Positions 1 through 14,700 of a stretch of DNA of 64,000 nt are shown here, piece after piece. Position 1 is the first letter of the stretch. Every line of letters begins with the position of its first letter. This stretch comes from the human T2T-CHM13v2.0 reference genome, Homo sapiens. The stretch lies in assembly GCF_009914755.1 (NCBI RefSeq), contig NC_060933.1; one strand, 5' to 3'. The notes beneath the pieces are model-generated. The model searched no databases and had not been told where the DNA came from. It saw only the letters and a list, made by a program, of their open reading frames with translations. The position numbers were made by a program, and so were the translations under genes.

Positions 1-1983
1 AGAGAGGAAGTCTAATTGCCTCTGTTTCAGATGACATGATTGTATATTTAGAGAACCCCATTGTCTCAGCCCAAAATCTCCTTAAGCTGATAAGCAAAGT
101 CTCAGGATACAAAATCAATGTCCAAAATCACAAGCATTTCTATACACCAATAATAGACAAACACAGAAGAAAATCATGAGTGAACTCCCATTCACAATTG
201 CTACAAAGAGAATAAAATACCTAGGAATACAACTTACAAGGGATGTGAAGGACCTCTTCAAGGAGAACTATAAACCACTGCTAAAGGAAATAAGAGAGGA
301 CACAAACAAATGGAAAGACATTCCATGCTCATGGATAGGAAGAATCAATATCATGAAAATGGCCATACTGCCCAAAGTAATTTATAGATTCAGTGCTATC
401 CCCATCAAGCTATCATTGACTTTCTTCACAGAATTAGAAAAAACTACCTTAAATTTCATATGGAACCAAAAAAGAGCTTGTATAGCCAAGCAAAGCCTAA
501 GCAAAAAGAACAAAGCTGGAGTCATCATGTTACCTGACTTCAAACTATACCACAAGGCTATAGTGACCAAAACAGCATGGTAGTGGTACCAAAACAGATA
601 TATAGACCAATGGAGCAGAACAGAGGCCTCAGAAATAACACCACACATCCACAACCATCTGATTTTTGACAAACCTGGCAAAAACTAGCAATGGGGAAAG
701 GAGCCTCTATTTAATAAATGGTGCTGGGAAACTGGCTAGCCATGTGCAGAAAACTGAAACTGGACCCCTTCCTTACACCTTATACAAAAGTTAACTCAAG
801 ATGGATTAAAGACTTAAACGTAAGATTTAAAACCATAAAAACCCTAGAAGAAAACCTAGGCAATACCATTCAGGATATAGGCATGGGCAAATACTTCATG
901 AATGAAACACCAAAAGCAATGGCAACAAAAGCCAAAACTGACAAATGGGATTTAACTAAACTAAAGAACTTCTGCACAGCAAAACAAACTATCATCAGAG
1001 TGATCCCCTCCCAAGGATATCATCAGGCATACTAAAGAACGGGAGAAAAATTTTGCAAGCTATCCATCTGACAAAGGGCTAATATCCAGAATCTATAAGG
1101 AACTTAAACAAATTTACAAAAACAAACAAACAACTTCAACAAAAAGTGGGCAAAGGATATAAACAGACACTTTTCAAAAGAAGACATTTATGCGGCCAAG
1201 AAACATATAGAAAAAAGCTCATCATCACTGGTCATTAGAGAAATGCAAATCAAATCACAGTGAGATGCCATCTCACTCTAGTTAGAATGGCAATCATTAA
1301 AAAGTCAGGAAACAACAGGTGCTGGAGAGGATGTGGAGAAATAGGAATGCTTTTACACTGTTGGTGGGAGTGTAAATTAGTTCAACCACTGTGGAAGACA
1401 GTGTGGTGATTCCTCAAGGATCTAGAACCAGAAATACCATGTGACCCAGCAATCCATCAATGGGTATATACCCAAAGGATTATAAATCATTCTACTATAA
1501 AGACACATGCACACATACGTTTATTGCAGCACTATTCACAATAGCAAAGACTTGGAACCAACTCAAATGCCCATCAATGATAGACTGGATAAAGAAAATG
1601 TGGCACATATACACCATGGAATACTATGCAGCCATAAAAAAGGATGAGTTTGTGTCCTTTGCAGGGACATGGATGAAGCTGGAAACCATCATTCTCAGCA
1701 AACTAACACAGGAACAGAAAACCAAACACCACATGTTCTCACTCATAAGTGGGAGTTTAACAATGAGAACACACGGACACAGGGAGGGGAACATCATACA
1801 CCGTGGCCTGTCAGGGGGTTGGGGGTTAATGGAGGGATAGCATTAGGAAAAATACCTAATGTAGATAATGGGTTGACGGCTGCAGCGAACCACCATGGCA
1901 CGTGTGTACCTATGTAACAAACCTGCACGTTCTGCACATGTATCCCAGAACTTAAAGTATAATAAAACAAAAGAAAAAAAAAA
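1..1983 (+). mobile_element. L1 (L1PA7-like) 3' part: ORF2 C-terminus, 3'UTR and poly(A)
   Basis: ORFs 176-583, 718-1035 and 1460-1840 translate to L1 ORF2p motifs ([34 protein letters not shown]) broken by stops and frameshifts; primate L1PA 3' end (...cccagaacttaaagtataata) followed by an A-rich tail. Confidence 0.95.
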
Positions 1984-2942
1984 GTAAGACAAGAAAATGT
2001 GCCTGGGTCCTAGGAGGACTAGGATCTGGCCCCACAAAGCCAGGTAAGCTCTCCCTCTGTGTGTGCATCCTTCTTGCTGTGGCAGGCTTTTTCCATAGAA
2101 GGTGACTGCCATCAGCTTCTGGGCTTTCTCTCTGACCGTTTCAGCACTGAAGAGAGACACTGGCCAAACGTTGTCACTGGTGCAAAGTCAGGAGACACAC
2201 AGGAACAGATGCATTGGTCCAGTTTCATCAGCTGCTTATGCTCTGATAATCAGGTGTGCCCAGGTGGGCAGGGCAGCAGAGCCACATGGCTGGGGCAGGA
2301 GAAGACCTGTTCCTACAAACAGTTAGCTCGTGGGACCGATTAGAATAACCAGGTATCCATGGCAACAGTCATTCTCCAAGCACCAATGACTGGTTTTCAC
2401 AACACGTAGAAATATTCTGGGAAACAGCCAAAGATCAACTGTTACTACTGAGCACTCACTCATGTGGCTCTGCTCGCTCAATTTCCAGAGCCCCAGCAAA
2501 CATCTGTAACTGCTTACGTTACCTGAAGAGATAGGCTCTTTGCCCACAGCTCCAAAGAACAGACATGTGAGCCCCTTCCGAGAAATGCTGGCCTTGCCCC
2601 GAGAAGGATGCATCTTCAAATCAGCAAAGCATCAAACACCCAAGAAAGTATCTCATTGGATTTTACGTAGAAAGTAAAGGGGACTCCGTGGACCAGAGTG
2701 AGATTACACCCTAACTGGCCTGGTTATTGGCTCCTTTGCTTAATAGATAACAAGAGCTGACCTTGGGGACAGGCTGGCTCCACGTTGTGCTGTGCACAGG
2801 CCGGCTCCCGAGAGCTCGGGGCTCGTGACAGGTGACTATAACATCTAAGCACTTTCAAAGGCAGCGCATCTGCCTGCTCGAGGGTGAAGAAGATTTACAG
2901 ATACACGTGCCAATGATTTTCAGAACGAACCCCAGTAGAATC

Positions 2943-3463
2943 TGTGGCCAGCAGAATAATCTTCCCCCTCCCAAGGATGTCACACCCTGATCTCTGGAAG
3001 CTGTGGCAAGAGGGACTTTGCAGATATAATTGAAGGCATAAATCTTGGAGTGGGAGATCATCCTAGATGATCCAGGTGGGCCCAGTCTAATCACAGGAGT
3101 CCTTAAAATTGGACAATCTTTCCTAGCTTTGGTCAGAGACAAGAGGAAAATAATCAAGACAGATTCAATGCATGAGAGGGAGTCAGCCCACCAATGCCGG
3201 CTTTGAAAACGGAGGAAAAGGCTACAAGCCATGGAATTCAAGTAGCTTCTAGAAGCTGGGAGTAGACCTCAACTGATAGCCAGCAGGGGAACAGAGATCC
3301 AGGATCTCCTGAAGCCTACAGAAAGGAGCGCAGCCCTGTGACACCTGATTGTAGCCTGCTGAGATCTGTGTCAGACTTCCAGCCTACAGAATTGTAAAAT
3401 AATTTGTGTTTAAGCTGCTAAATTATTGGTGATTTGTTACAGCTGCAATGAAAAATGAATGCA
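2943..3463 (+). mobile_element. MaLR LTR, MLT1D/E-like
   Basis: Starts tgtggccagcagaataat, contains gggactttgcagat and ggagatcatcctagatgatccaggtgggccc, and ends gtgatttgttacagctgcaatgaaaaatgaatgca, all typical MLT1 motifs. Confidence 0.75.
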
Positions 3464-3740
3464 GAGTCTTCACCTTTCCTGTACACACTCGAGGACAAGA
3501 ATAAAAAGGTAAACATCATCAGGAAGAGTTTAATATTCACAGAGCACCAATTATTGGAGCCCTAGCTAGCTTCACCCCTTCATTATCAGACTGAGAGAAG
3601 CCAAAGGCATCAAGCAGAAATGAATTTATCCCACATTTTCTGGAGAACGTAGATTCCCAGCATGTATAAATCATGCCTAAAAAATTAATCACTCAATAAA
3701 CCAATGACAGAAGGAAAGGTCTTGCAAAAAAATAACACAA

Positions 3741-4127
<387 letters not shown>

Positions 4128-4718
4128 CTAAATTTTTTCAGGTCAGGCTCATGGACCCACTCTAATTAAGACAATTCTGTGATCTGCCCAATATTCCTCT
4201 GCTTACATCAGCCAGAGATGGCTTCTAGGGCTTTCAACTAAGATCTCTGACCCACATGTTATCCTAGAGAAACAGAGGGTGATCTTCATTTGTGAATACT
4301 CCACATGTAATTCCAATGAACAGAAAGCAATGAACAAAAGTTAATCATTCATTACAAAGAAAATTCCCTACATCTTAGGACACATGCAAAGCATAGTGGA
4401 TATCGGAAGCGATAATATGGGTTGATTAGGAAGAGACGATGTTGTCATCAGAAATATCCAGACAAAATTCAGGTAACGCACATAGAAGTGTGGGTGGGGA
4501 AGGGAACATAGGAAAATAAGACATAAAGTGAGTTAGCTATTACCTTCACGTATGGGAAAGAAAGTCTTCAATGGCAGCATATATGTATGTAATTGCTTTT
4601 TCTACTATATGTGCGATTTTTACATCATATCCTAATTGAAATAAAAGGTCTCTGTTTTCCTGAGCAGAATCCACTCCACCTGAGTAAGTTTCATGGCATG
4701 CACTCTGCAGGCCCATAA

Positions 4719-5031
<313 letters not shown>

Positions 5032-6983
5032 TAAAAAGTTTATCTGACCCTGTGTAATTGTCAGTGTTTTACAGGTAGTGTATCAGGGTGCCAGAAGCAC
5101 ACCTACAGGCTTACCTAGTATTGGTCCTTATTTTCTAGGACCTCTTGACCAAGGGACTCACACTTTAGAAGAAGCCTGCCTCTCCCTAATCTTCAAGTAG
5201 GACATTCCCCTCCTGAGGGGGCGGAGCTCCAACCAGAGCCCACACGGCTGCAACACCTCCTTGCTTGTCCTACACTCATCACTGCGCAAAAATGGCAAAA
5301 TGACAAAAGTGAATAAAAATGACCAGAGGATACAAGCAAAATTCTGAAAAAAGCACCAGCTGCCATCCTTTTGTGCCCTCATCCCCTCCAACATGCCCAG
5401 GGCCTTTCCCTGTCCATCCTGTCAGATAAAGCTGGCTTCATGAGGCTCGAAAGTCTTGCCTTCTGGATGATTAAGAGGGCAGGGAGATTGAAAGAGGGAT
5501 ATAAAGAAAAGCCTCTATACCAAAAATGGGGTGTTTCTTTCCCTGTTTTATCTCCCTCCATAAATTTTAAAACAGACATAAGAAAGAGGCCTCTTAATAA
5601 TTGAGCCCAAATTCAGTCACATCTATCCAGGAGGAAACGGTACTTGAGTGCTCACTCATTTCAGAACGAGTAAGTCCCTGAAGGTTTGCTGAAAATCTTC
5701 GTCTCCACCTCACTGTTCAACAACTAAGCACCAGCAAAGGCAGGTCAAATCAGTCACCCACGACAATTTTAAAATGCATCCCTTGCCAGGAAACACCAGC
5801 CCTGTAGCTACTGTCTCGATTATACTGCACTCAAATTGCCACCGAGATCATACTGGCCAGGATGGCTTTTAGATCAGTTCTCAACATCCCCTGTACACTT
5901 AGGACCTCACCTCCCACCATCTCTCTTCACCTCTTCTCAACAGTGAGAAAAACAAAAATACTAAACATATTCATTCCATCCCCGAAGTATTAATTATGAA
6001 ACCATATTTCACAGCTGTTGCTAAACCATCTCTGCTTTCCCATAAGTGGCTCCCTTTAGAAAAACCAGAAAATCCTTGCTGTTATTCCTCAGATCACAGA
6101 ACAGCAGTCCCCAAACTGCTCCTTTATCGACGGAGCACCAGGAGAAAAACAGAGCTCACTAACAAGGAACTCACTTCGGCACACTTCACTGGAGACTTAC
6201 CCAGGCGAGCTGTGTGGGTTTTAGGAGACAGAACAGCAGTCCGTCCTTCACTGGAGCAAGGCATGGCATTGTGGATTTGAAGTAAAAGAATTCAAGCTAC
6301 AGCTCCATCACTTTCTTTATGAGTCGTGAAATCATGTCATCTTTCCCATCCTTGCCGACCGCCAAAAGAGGCTCATACCCACCTCAAGGATTAGATGGAT
6401 ACATATAAAAGGATTTTGAAGCTGTAGGTGGTGTACAAATGAAGGCATGACATTAAAAAAATCCTTTTTCACTTTACATCAGTGCTGCCTACTCTCAGTG
6501 TATAAATTCTCAAAATAAAATCTGTTTCTTTTCACTTCAATTTTTAAAAATCTGTTTTATCTGCCTTGCCTCTGGCCTTTGAAGCCTGCCTGACACTCTT
6601 TGAGTCCAAGACACACAGGCTAGCTGCAGACACCTCCTCTCTGGACTTCTTTTCTTTTCAATACTCTGTATTGACAGTAAACACTCTGGAGTCCTTCTTC
6701 CCTCCATACCTCTTTTCCTAGATTTCCTTGCTCTTCCATTCCAACTTCACTCCTGCCTTGCACTTTGATGCTTGTCTATTCAGAAGGTATTTTTTGAGTG
6801 TCTGTTATGTGCCAGGCACAACCGTCAAAAATTTCTGCCCCCGCCAACGCCCTGCAGCTCACCGTGTGATTTATTCCTGATTTCCTGATGTTAGAATCTT
6901 GGCTTTTCTCAGATGGGTTCTGACTAGCCTGGTGCTGACATGATTTTGTGTTTGAGCTTCAACTGTCAATTCCATCATCAAGA

Positions 6984-7212
6984 AGGAGTTCAAGACGATC
7001 CTGGCCAACATGGTAAATAAAACCCTGTTCTCTACTAAAAATACAAAAAATTAGCTGGGTGTGGTGGTGTGCGCCTGTAATCCCAGCTACTCACGAGGCT
7101 GAGGCACGAGAATCGCTTAAACCTGGGAGGCAGAAGTTGCAGTGAGAGGAGAGCAGCCACTGCACTCCAGCCTGGGCAACAGAGACTCTGCCTCGGAAAG
7201 GGGAAAAAAAAA
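6984..7212 (+). mobile_element. 5'-truncated Alu
   Basis: aggagttcaagac...ctctactaaaaatacaaaaaattagctggg...gcactccagcctgggcaacagag plus A-rich tail. Confidence 0.9.
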
Positions 7213-7251
7213 GGAAGAAAAGAGAAGGAGATTTGCGTATAAATGCCTATG

Positions 7252-7293
7252 GAACTTTCTAGAAATCAATCAGAACTTTCTAGAAATCAATCA
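7252..7293 (+). repeat. Perfect 21-bp tandem duplication
   Basis: gaactttctagaaatcaatca occurs twice in tandem. Confidence 0.9.
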
Positions 7294-8202
7294 GGTTCAA
7301 AAGAAAAAAGTAGTAAATGACAAGTAGGCACAGAAACACAAAAAATATAGGAATTTCAGTTGTCACAGCCTCTTTCATGGACTCTCACTGGCTTCCACCA
7401 TCAAAAATGGTCAAGGTAACCTCAGCAACTTTCCATTCTCTCCTCTAGGCTGAAACCTCACCTGTGTCCCCTTCCCTCTGTGGTGATGTTGGATGCACCC
7501 ATTATGTCCACCATGGCTGTGCTCCCTCCAGAACCATTTAGAAGATTAGAGAGAAAAACAAAACAAAACAAAATGCTTTTAAAGCAGAGGTTTCAAGTAA
7601 TTGAAACAGCAGATTGACTCGTGTTCAGTTTCCATTTCCAGCAGTTTTGATGCACTGTCTCTATCCACGAATGATAGTTTGGGATTAAAAAAAATACGTA
7701 AAAAGCTTCATTTGTGGTACCAGCTTGAAAATTTGCACCTAGATGGTAGATTTTGTTGGTTTGCTTTTTCTACGCACTTTAAAATATTTTTAGTTTGGCA
7801 TAATGTTCACTTAAAAAAAAAAGTGCAGAATTTCCAAGTTAGGTTGGAAACCAGCTGGTGATTAGATCTAACGGTCCCAACCAATAAATCAAATACCTAT
7901 GAAAGCAAAAATATCCAAAGTTACAGTAACACTGTAAACAGAAAATTAATAATCTAACATTCTCCAGGAGGAATTTATACCAACCAGAGCATCTGTTCCA
8001 GATGAAGCCCTGGAGCAGAAGAGCAGAGAAAGGAAGTTAAAAGGGATTTCTGTACCACTTCCCATCACTGCAAATCTCCATTTCAGAGACATTACAGGCT
8101 TTGCTGCCTGTAAAGCTGTGGCCACTCTCCTGCTGTAATGAAGCCACTTTCTGAAATGGCTATTGTTTGTTTCTTACTTTAGTAGTAATTAGTGCTATCT
8201 AC

Positions 8203-8236
<34 letters not shown>

Positions 8237-8239
8237 CCC

Positions 8240-8560
8240 TAAGCATATGACAGAATTAAACTTCTCACCACCTTAAGATTATGTATAACCATATACCTTG
8301 CTTTGGCCAGATAAAAGTGGTATGTGTCACTTCTGGAAAGAAGTTTTAACACCAGTGCATGAGTACCTTTATTCTTTTCCCTCTGCTAAAGTGGTCAGAT
8401 GCTCTCCAGATTGCAGCTGCTCCAACCACCTGGGTCTTGGAGTGACCTTGCTCACCTATGATGGACACTCAGCAGGAGTGAGAAATAAATCTATCATGTT
8501 AAGGCACTGAGAGCTGGGTTTGTTTGTTACTGCAGCATAACCTAGCCCATGCTGACTTGC
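8240..8560 (+). mobile_element. Ancient MaLR LTR fragment (MLT1J/K-like)
   Basis: gtgagaaataaatctatcatgttaaggcactgaga...tttgttactgcagcataacctagcc resembles an old MLT1 3' end. Confidence 0.55.
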
Positions 8561-8754
8561 ATTCATATCTCCTAAGCTAGGGTTGCCAGATCTTCCTCAA
8601 TCAAAATATAATCCCCCAGTGGATGTGAGGATAGAAAATATGCATTTCACTTTTTAAGAAATTAGAAGTATTTACATTTGAAAACATTTGCATTTTTGAA
8701 ACAATTCTTTTGTTAAATAATAACTACATAGAGCAAGAGATGGTAAATTTTTCT

Positions 8755-11700
8755 TCTATTTTATTTTATTTTTCCATAAGTTATTGGGGTACAGATGGTA
8801 TTTATTTACATGACTAAGTTCTTTAGAGGTGATTTGTGAGATTTTGGTGCACCCATCACCTGAGCAGTATACACTGCACCATATATGTTGTCTTTTATCC
8901 TTGGCCCACCTCCCACTCTTCCCCTCAAGTCCCCAAAGTATATTGTATCATTCTTCTGCCTTTGTATCCTCATAGCTCAGCTCCCACATATCAGTGAGAA
9001 CATACTATGTTTGGTTTTCCATTCCTGAGTTATGTCACTTAGAATAATAGTCTCCAATCTCATCCAGATCACTGCAAATTCTGTTAGTTCATTCCTTTTT
9101 ATGGCTGCATAGTATTCCATCATATATAACATAGTTTGTCCACTCGTTGATTGATGGGCATGTGGGTTGGTTCCATGATTTTGCAATTGTGAATTGTGCT
9201 GCTATAAACATGTGTGTGCAAGTATCTTTTTTGAATAATGACTTCTTTTCCTCTGGGTAGATGGTCAGTAGTGGGATTGCTGGATCAAATGGTAGATCTA
9301 CTTTTAGTTCTTTAAGGAATCTCCACACTGTTTTCCATAGTGGCTGTACTAGTTTACATTCCCACCAGCAGTGTAGAAGTGTTCCCTGTTCACCACATTC
9401 ACGCCAACATCTACTGTTTTTTTATATTTTATTATGGCCATTCTTGCAGGAGTAAGGTGGTATCACATTGTGGTTTTCATTGGCATTTCCCTGATCATTA
9501 GTGATGTTGAGCATTTTTTCATATGTTTGTTGGCCATTTACATATCTTCTTTTGATAATTGTCTGTTCACATCCTTAGCCCACTTTTTGATGGGCTTGTT
9601 TTTTTCCTATTGATTGGTTTGAGTTCATTGTAGATTCTGGATTTTAGTCTTTTGTCAGATGTATCGATTGTGAAGATTTTTCTCCCACTCTGTGGGTTGT
9701 CTGTTTACTCTGCTGACTGTTCTTTTTGCCATGCAAAAGATCTTTAGTTTAATTAGGCCCCAGCTATTTATCTTTGTTTTTATTGCATTTGCTTTTGGGT
9801 TCTTGGTCATGAAATCCTTGCCTAAGCCAATGTCTAGAAGGGTTTTTCCAAGGTTAACTTCTAGAATTTTTATAGTTTCGGGTCTTGGGTTTAACTCTTT
9901 AATCCATCTTGAGTTGATTTTTGCATAAACTGAGAGATGAGGATCCAGTTTCATTCTCCTACATGTGGCTAGCCAATTATCCCAGCACCATTTGTTGAAA
10001 AGGGTGTCCTTTCCCCACTTTATGTTTTTCTTTGCTTTGTCAAAGATCAGTTGGCTGTAAGTATTTGAGTCTATTTCTGGGTTCTCTATTCTCTTCCATT
10101 TGTCTATGTGCCTATTTTATATCAGTACCATGCTGTGTTGATGACTATGGCCTTATAGTATAGTTTGAAATCAGGTAGTGTGATGCCTCCAGATTTGTTC
10201 TTTTTGCTTAGTCTTGCTTTGGCTATGTGGGCTCTTTTTTTGTTCCATATACATTTTAGAATTTTTTTTCTAATCCTGTGAAGAATGATGGTGGTGTTCT
10301 GATGGGGATTGCATTGAATGTATAGATTGCATTTGGCAGTATGGTCATTTTCACAATATTGATTCTACCCATCCATGAGCATGTTCCATTTGTTTGTGTC
10401 ATCTATGATTTCTTTCAGCATTGTTTTGTAGTTTTCCTTGTAGAGGTCTTTCAATTCCTTTGTTAGGTATATTCCAAAGTATTGTATTTATTGTATTGTA
10501 TTGTATTGTATTGTATTGTATTGTATTGTATTGTATTGTATTGTATTTATTTTATTGGCAGCTATTGTAAAAGGGGTTGAGTTCTTGATTTGATTCTCCA
10601 CTTGGTCACTGCTGATGTATAGAAGAGCTAGTGATTTGTGTACATTAATCTTGTATCCAGAAAGTTTGTTGAATTATTTTATCAGTTCTAGGAGCTTTCT
10701 AGAGGAGTCCTTAGGGTTTTCAAGGTAAACAATCATATCGTCAGTAAACAGGGACAGTTTGACTTCCTCTTTACCAATTTGGATGCACTTTCTTTCTCTT
10801 GTCTGATTGCTCTGGCTAGGATTTCCAGTACTGTGTTGAAGAGGAGCGGTGAGAGTGGACATCCTTGTCTTGTTCCAGTTCTCGGGGGGGAATGTTTTCA
10901 ACTTTTCCCCATTCAGTATTATGTTGGCTGTGGGTTTGTCATAGATGGCTTTTATTACATTAAGGTATCTATCCCTTGTATGCCAATTTTGCTGAGAGTT
11001 TAATCATAAAGCGATGCTGGATTTTGTCAAATGCTTTTTCTGCATCTATTGAAATTATCATGTGATTGTTGTTTTTAATTCTGTTTATGTGGTGTATTAC
11101 ATTTATTGACTTGCATATGTCAAACCATCCCTGCATCCGTGGTATGAAACTCACTTGATCATGGTGAATTATCTTTTTGATATGTTGTTGGATTTGGTTA
11201 GCTAGTATTTTGTTAAGGATTTTAGCATCTATGGTCATAAAAGATACCAGTCTGTAGCTTTCTTTTTCGGTTATGTCCTTTCCTGGTTTTGGTATTAGGG
11301 TGATGCTGGCTTCACAGAATGAATTAGGGAGGGTTCCTTCTCTATCTTGTGGAATAGTGTCAAAAGGATTGGTACCAATTCTTCGTTGAATGTCTGGTAG
11401 AATTCTGTTGTGAATCCGTCTGCTCCCGGACTTTTTTGTTGGTACTGTTTTAATTACCATTTCAATCTCTCTGCTTGTTATTGGTCTGTTCAGGGTATCT
11501 AATTCTTACTGATTCAAGCTAGGAGGGTTGTATTTTTCCAGGAATTTATCCATCTCTTCTAGGTTTTCTAGTGTATGTGCATAAAGGTGTTCCTAGTAGC
11601 TTTGAGTGATCTTTTGTATTTCAGTGGTGTCAGTTGTAATATCTCCTGTTTAGTTTCTTGGTGAGGTTATATGGATTTTCTCTCTCCTTTTCTTGGTTAA

Positions 11701-14700
11701 TCTTGCTAATGGTCTATCAATTTTATTTATCTCTTCAAAGAACCAGATTTTGTTTCATTTATCTTTTGTATTTGTTTGTTTGTTTTGATTTCATTTAGTT
11801 CTGCTCTGATCCTGGTTATCTCCTTTCTTCTGCTAGGTTTGGATTTGGTTTGTTCTTGTTTCTCTAGGTCCTTGAGGTGTGACCTCAGATTGTCTGTTTG
11901 TGCTCTTTCAGACTTTTTGATGTAGGTATTTAGGGCTATGAGCTTTCCTCTTAGCACCACCTTAGCTGTATCCCAGATGTTTTGATAGGCTGTGTCATTA
12001 TTGTCATTCAGTTCAAAGAATTTTTTAATTTCCATCTTGATTTCATTTTTGACCCAATGTTCATTCAGGAGCAGGTTATTTAATTTCCATGTATTTGCAT
12101 GATTTTGAAGGTTCCTTTTGGAGTTAACTTGCAGTTTTATTCCACTGTGGTCTGAGAGAGTGCTTGATATAATTTTAATTTTCTTAAATTCATTGAGGCT
12201 CATTTTATGGCCTGTCACATGGTCTATCTTGGAGAAAGTTCTATGTGCTGTTGAATAGAATGTGTATTCTGCAGTTGCTGGATGAAATGTTCTGTATATA
12301 TCTGTTAAGTCCATTTGTTCCAAGTTATGGTTTAAATCCATTGTTTCTTTGTTGACTTTCTGTCTTGATGACCTATCTAGTGCTGTCATGGAATATTGAA
12401 GCCCTCCATTCTTATTGTGTTGCTGTCTATCTCATTTCTTAGCTCTATTAATAATTGTTTTATAAATTTGGGAGCTCCAGTATTAGGTGAATATATGTTT
12501 AGGATTGTGATATTTTCCATTGGACAAGGCCTTTTACCTTTATATAATGTCCCTCTTTATCTCTTGTAACAGCTGTTGCTTTAAAGTTTGTTTTGTCTGA
12601 TGTAAGAATAGCTACCCCTGCTCACTTTTGGTGTCCATTTGCATGAAATGCCCTTTTCACCTCTCTACTTTAAGTTTATGTGAGTCCTTATGTGTTAGTT
12701 GAATCTCTTGAAGGCAGTAGATAGTTGGCTGGTGAGTTCTTATCCATTCTGCGGTTCTGTATCTTTTAAGTGGAGCATTTAGGCCATTTACATTCAATAT
12801 TAGTATTGAAATTTGAGGTACTGTTGCTTTTGTCATGCTCTTTGTTGCCTGTGTACTTTGATTTTTGCTTTTTGTTTTTGCTTTTTAACTTGTATTTTTG
12901 TTGTACAGGTCCTGTGAGATTCGTGCTTTGAAGAGGTTCTGTTTTGATGTGTTTCCAGGACTTGTTTCAAGATTTGGAGCTCCTTTCAGCAGTTCTTGTA
13001 GTGGTTGTTTAGTTAATGGCGAACTCTCTCTACATTTGTTTGTCTGAAAATGACTGTACCTTTCCTTCATATATGATGCTTAGTTTCACTGGACACAAAA
13101 TTCTTGGCTGATAATTGTTTTGCTTGAGGAGGCTAAAGATAGGTCCCCAATCCCTTCTAGCTTGTACAGTTTCTGCTGAGAAATCTGCTGTTAATCTGAT
13201 AGGTTTTCCTTTATAGGTTACCTAACGCTTCTGTCTCACAGCTCTTCTTTCCTTTGTCTTAACTTTGGATAACCTAATGACAATGTGCCTAGGCAAAGAT
13301 CTTTTTATGATGAATTTCCCAAGTGTTCTTTGTGCTTCTTGCGTTTGAATGTCTAGGTCTCTTGCAAGGCTGGGGAAGTTTTCCTCCATTATTCCCCTAA
13401 ATATATTTTCCAGGCTTTTAGAATTCTCTTCTTTCTCAGGTACACTGATTATTCTTAGGTTTGGTCATTTAACATAATCCCAGACTTCTTGGAGGCTTTG
13501 TTAATATTTTCTTATTCTTTTTTCTTTTGTTGGATTGGGTTAATTCAAAGACCTTGTCTTCAAGCTCTGAATTTCTTTCTTCTGCTTGTTCAATTCTATT
13601 GCTGAGACTTTCCAGAGTATTTCGCATTTCTAAAAGTGTGTCCAAAGTTTCCTGAACTTTTTATTGTTTTTTTCTTTAAGCTATCTATTTCATTGAATAT
13701 TTCTCCCTTCACTTCTTGTATCATTTTTTGGATTTCCTTGCATTGGTCTTTGCCTTTCTCTGGTCCCTCCCTGATTAGTTTAATAACTAACCTCCTGAAT
13801 TCTTTTTCAGGCAAATCAGGGAGTCCTTTTTGGTTTAGATCTGTTGCTGGTGAACTAGTGTGATTTTTGGGGGGATGTTGAAGAGCCTTGTTTTATTATA
13901 TTACCAGAGTTGGTTTTCTGGTTACTTCTCATTTGGGTAGGCTCTGGCAGAGGGAAGGTCTAGGGCTGAAGGCTGTTGTTAAGATTCTGTTGTCCCATGG
14001 GGTGTTCCCTTGATTTATTACTCTCCCCCTTTTCTTATGGATGTGGCTTCCTGTGAGCTGAACTGCAGTGATTATTGTCTCTCTTCTGGGTCTAGCTACC
14101 CAACGAGTCTACCTGGCTCTGGGCTAGTGCAGGTCTGCACAGAGCCCTGTGATGTGAACTGTCTATGGGTCTCTCAGCCATGGATACCCATGCCTGATCT
14201 GGTGGAGGTGGTGGAGGGTGCAATGGACTCCATGAAGGTCCCTAGCTTTGGTGGTTTAATGCTCTGTTTTTGTGCTGGTTGGCCTCCTGCCAAAAGGTGG
14301 CACTCTCCAGAAAGCATCAGCTGCAGTAGTGTGGAGAGGGACTGGCGGTGGGTGGGGCCCTAGAACTCCCAAGATTATATGTCCTTTGTCTTCCACTACC
14401 AGGGTGGATAGGGAAGGACCATCAGGTGGGAGTGGGGCTAGGCGTGTCTGAGCTTAGATTCTCCTTGGGCAGGTCTTTCTGTGGCTGCTGTGGGGGATGG
14501 GGATGAGATTCCCAGGTCACTGGAGTTGTGTACCTAGGAGGATTATGGCTGCCTTTGCTGAGTCATGCAGATTGTCAGGAAAGTGGGAAAGCCGGCAGTC
14601 ACAGGCCTCACCCAGCTCCCACGCAAACCAAAGGACCTGTCTCACTTCCACCGTGCCTCCACACCAAGTGCCTCCCCACCAACCACCCCAACAGCCCCGA

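Noticed and set aside
5996-6280. 94-aa ATG-initiated ORF in non-repeat sequence
   Set aside because: No recognisable domain, promoter or exon context; this length is expected by chance in 64 kb.
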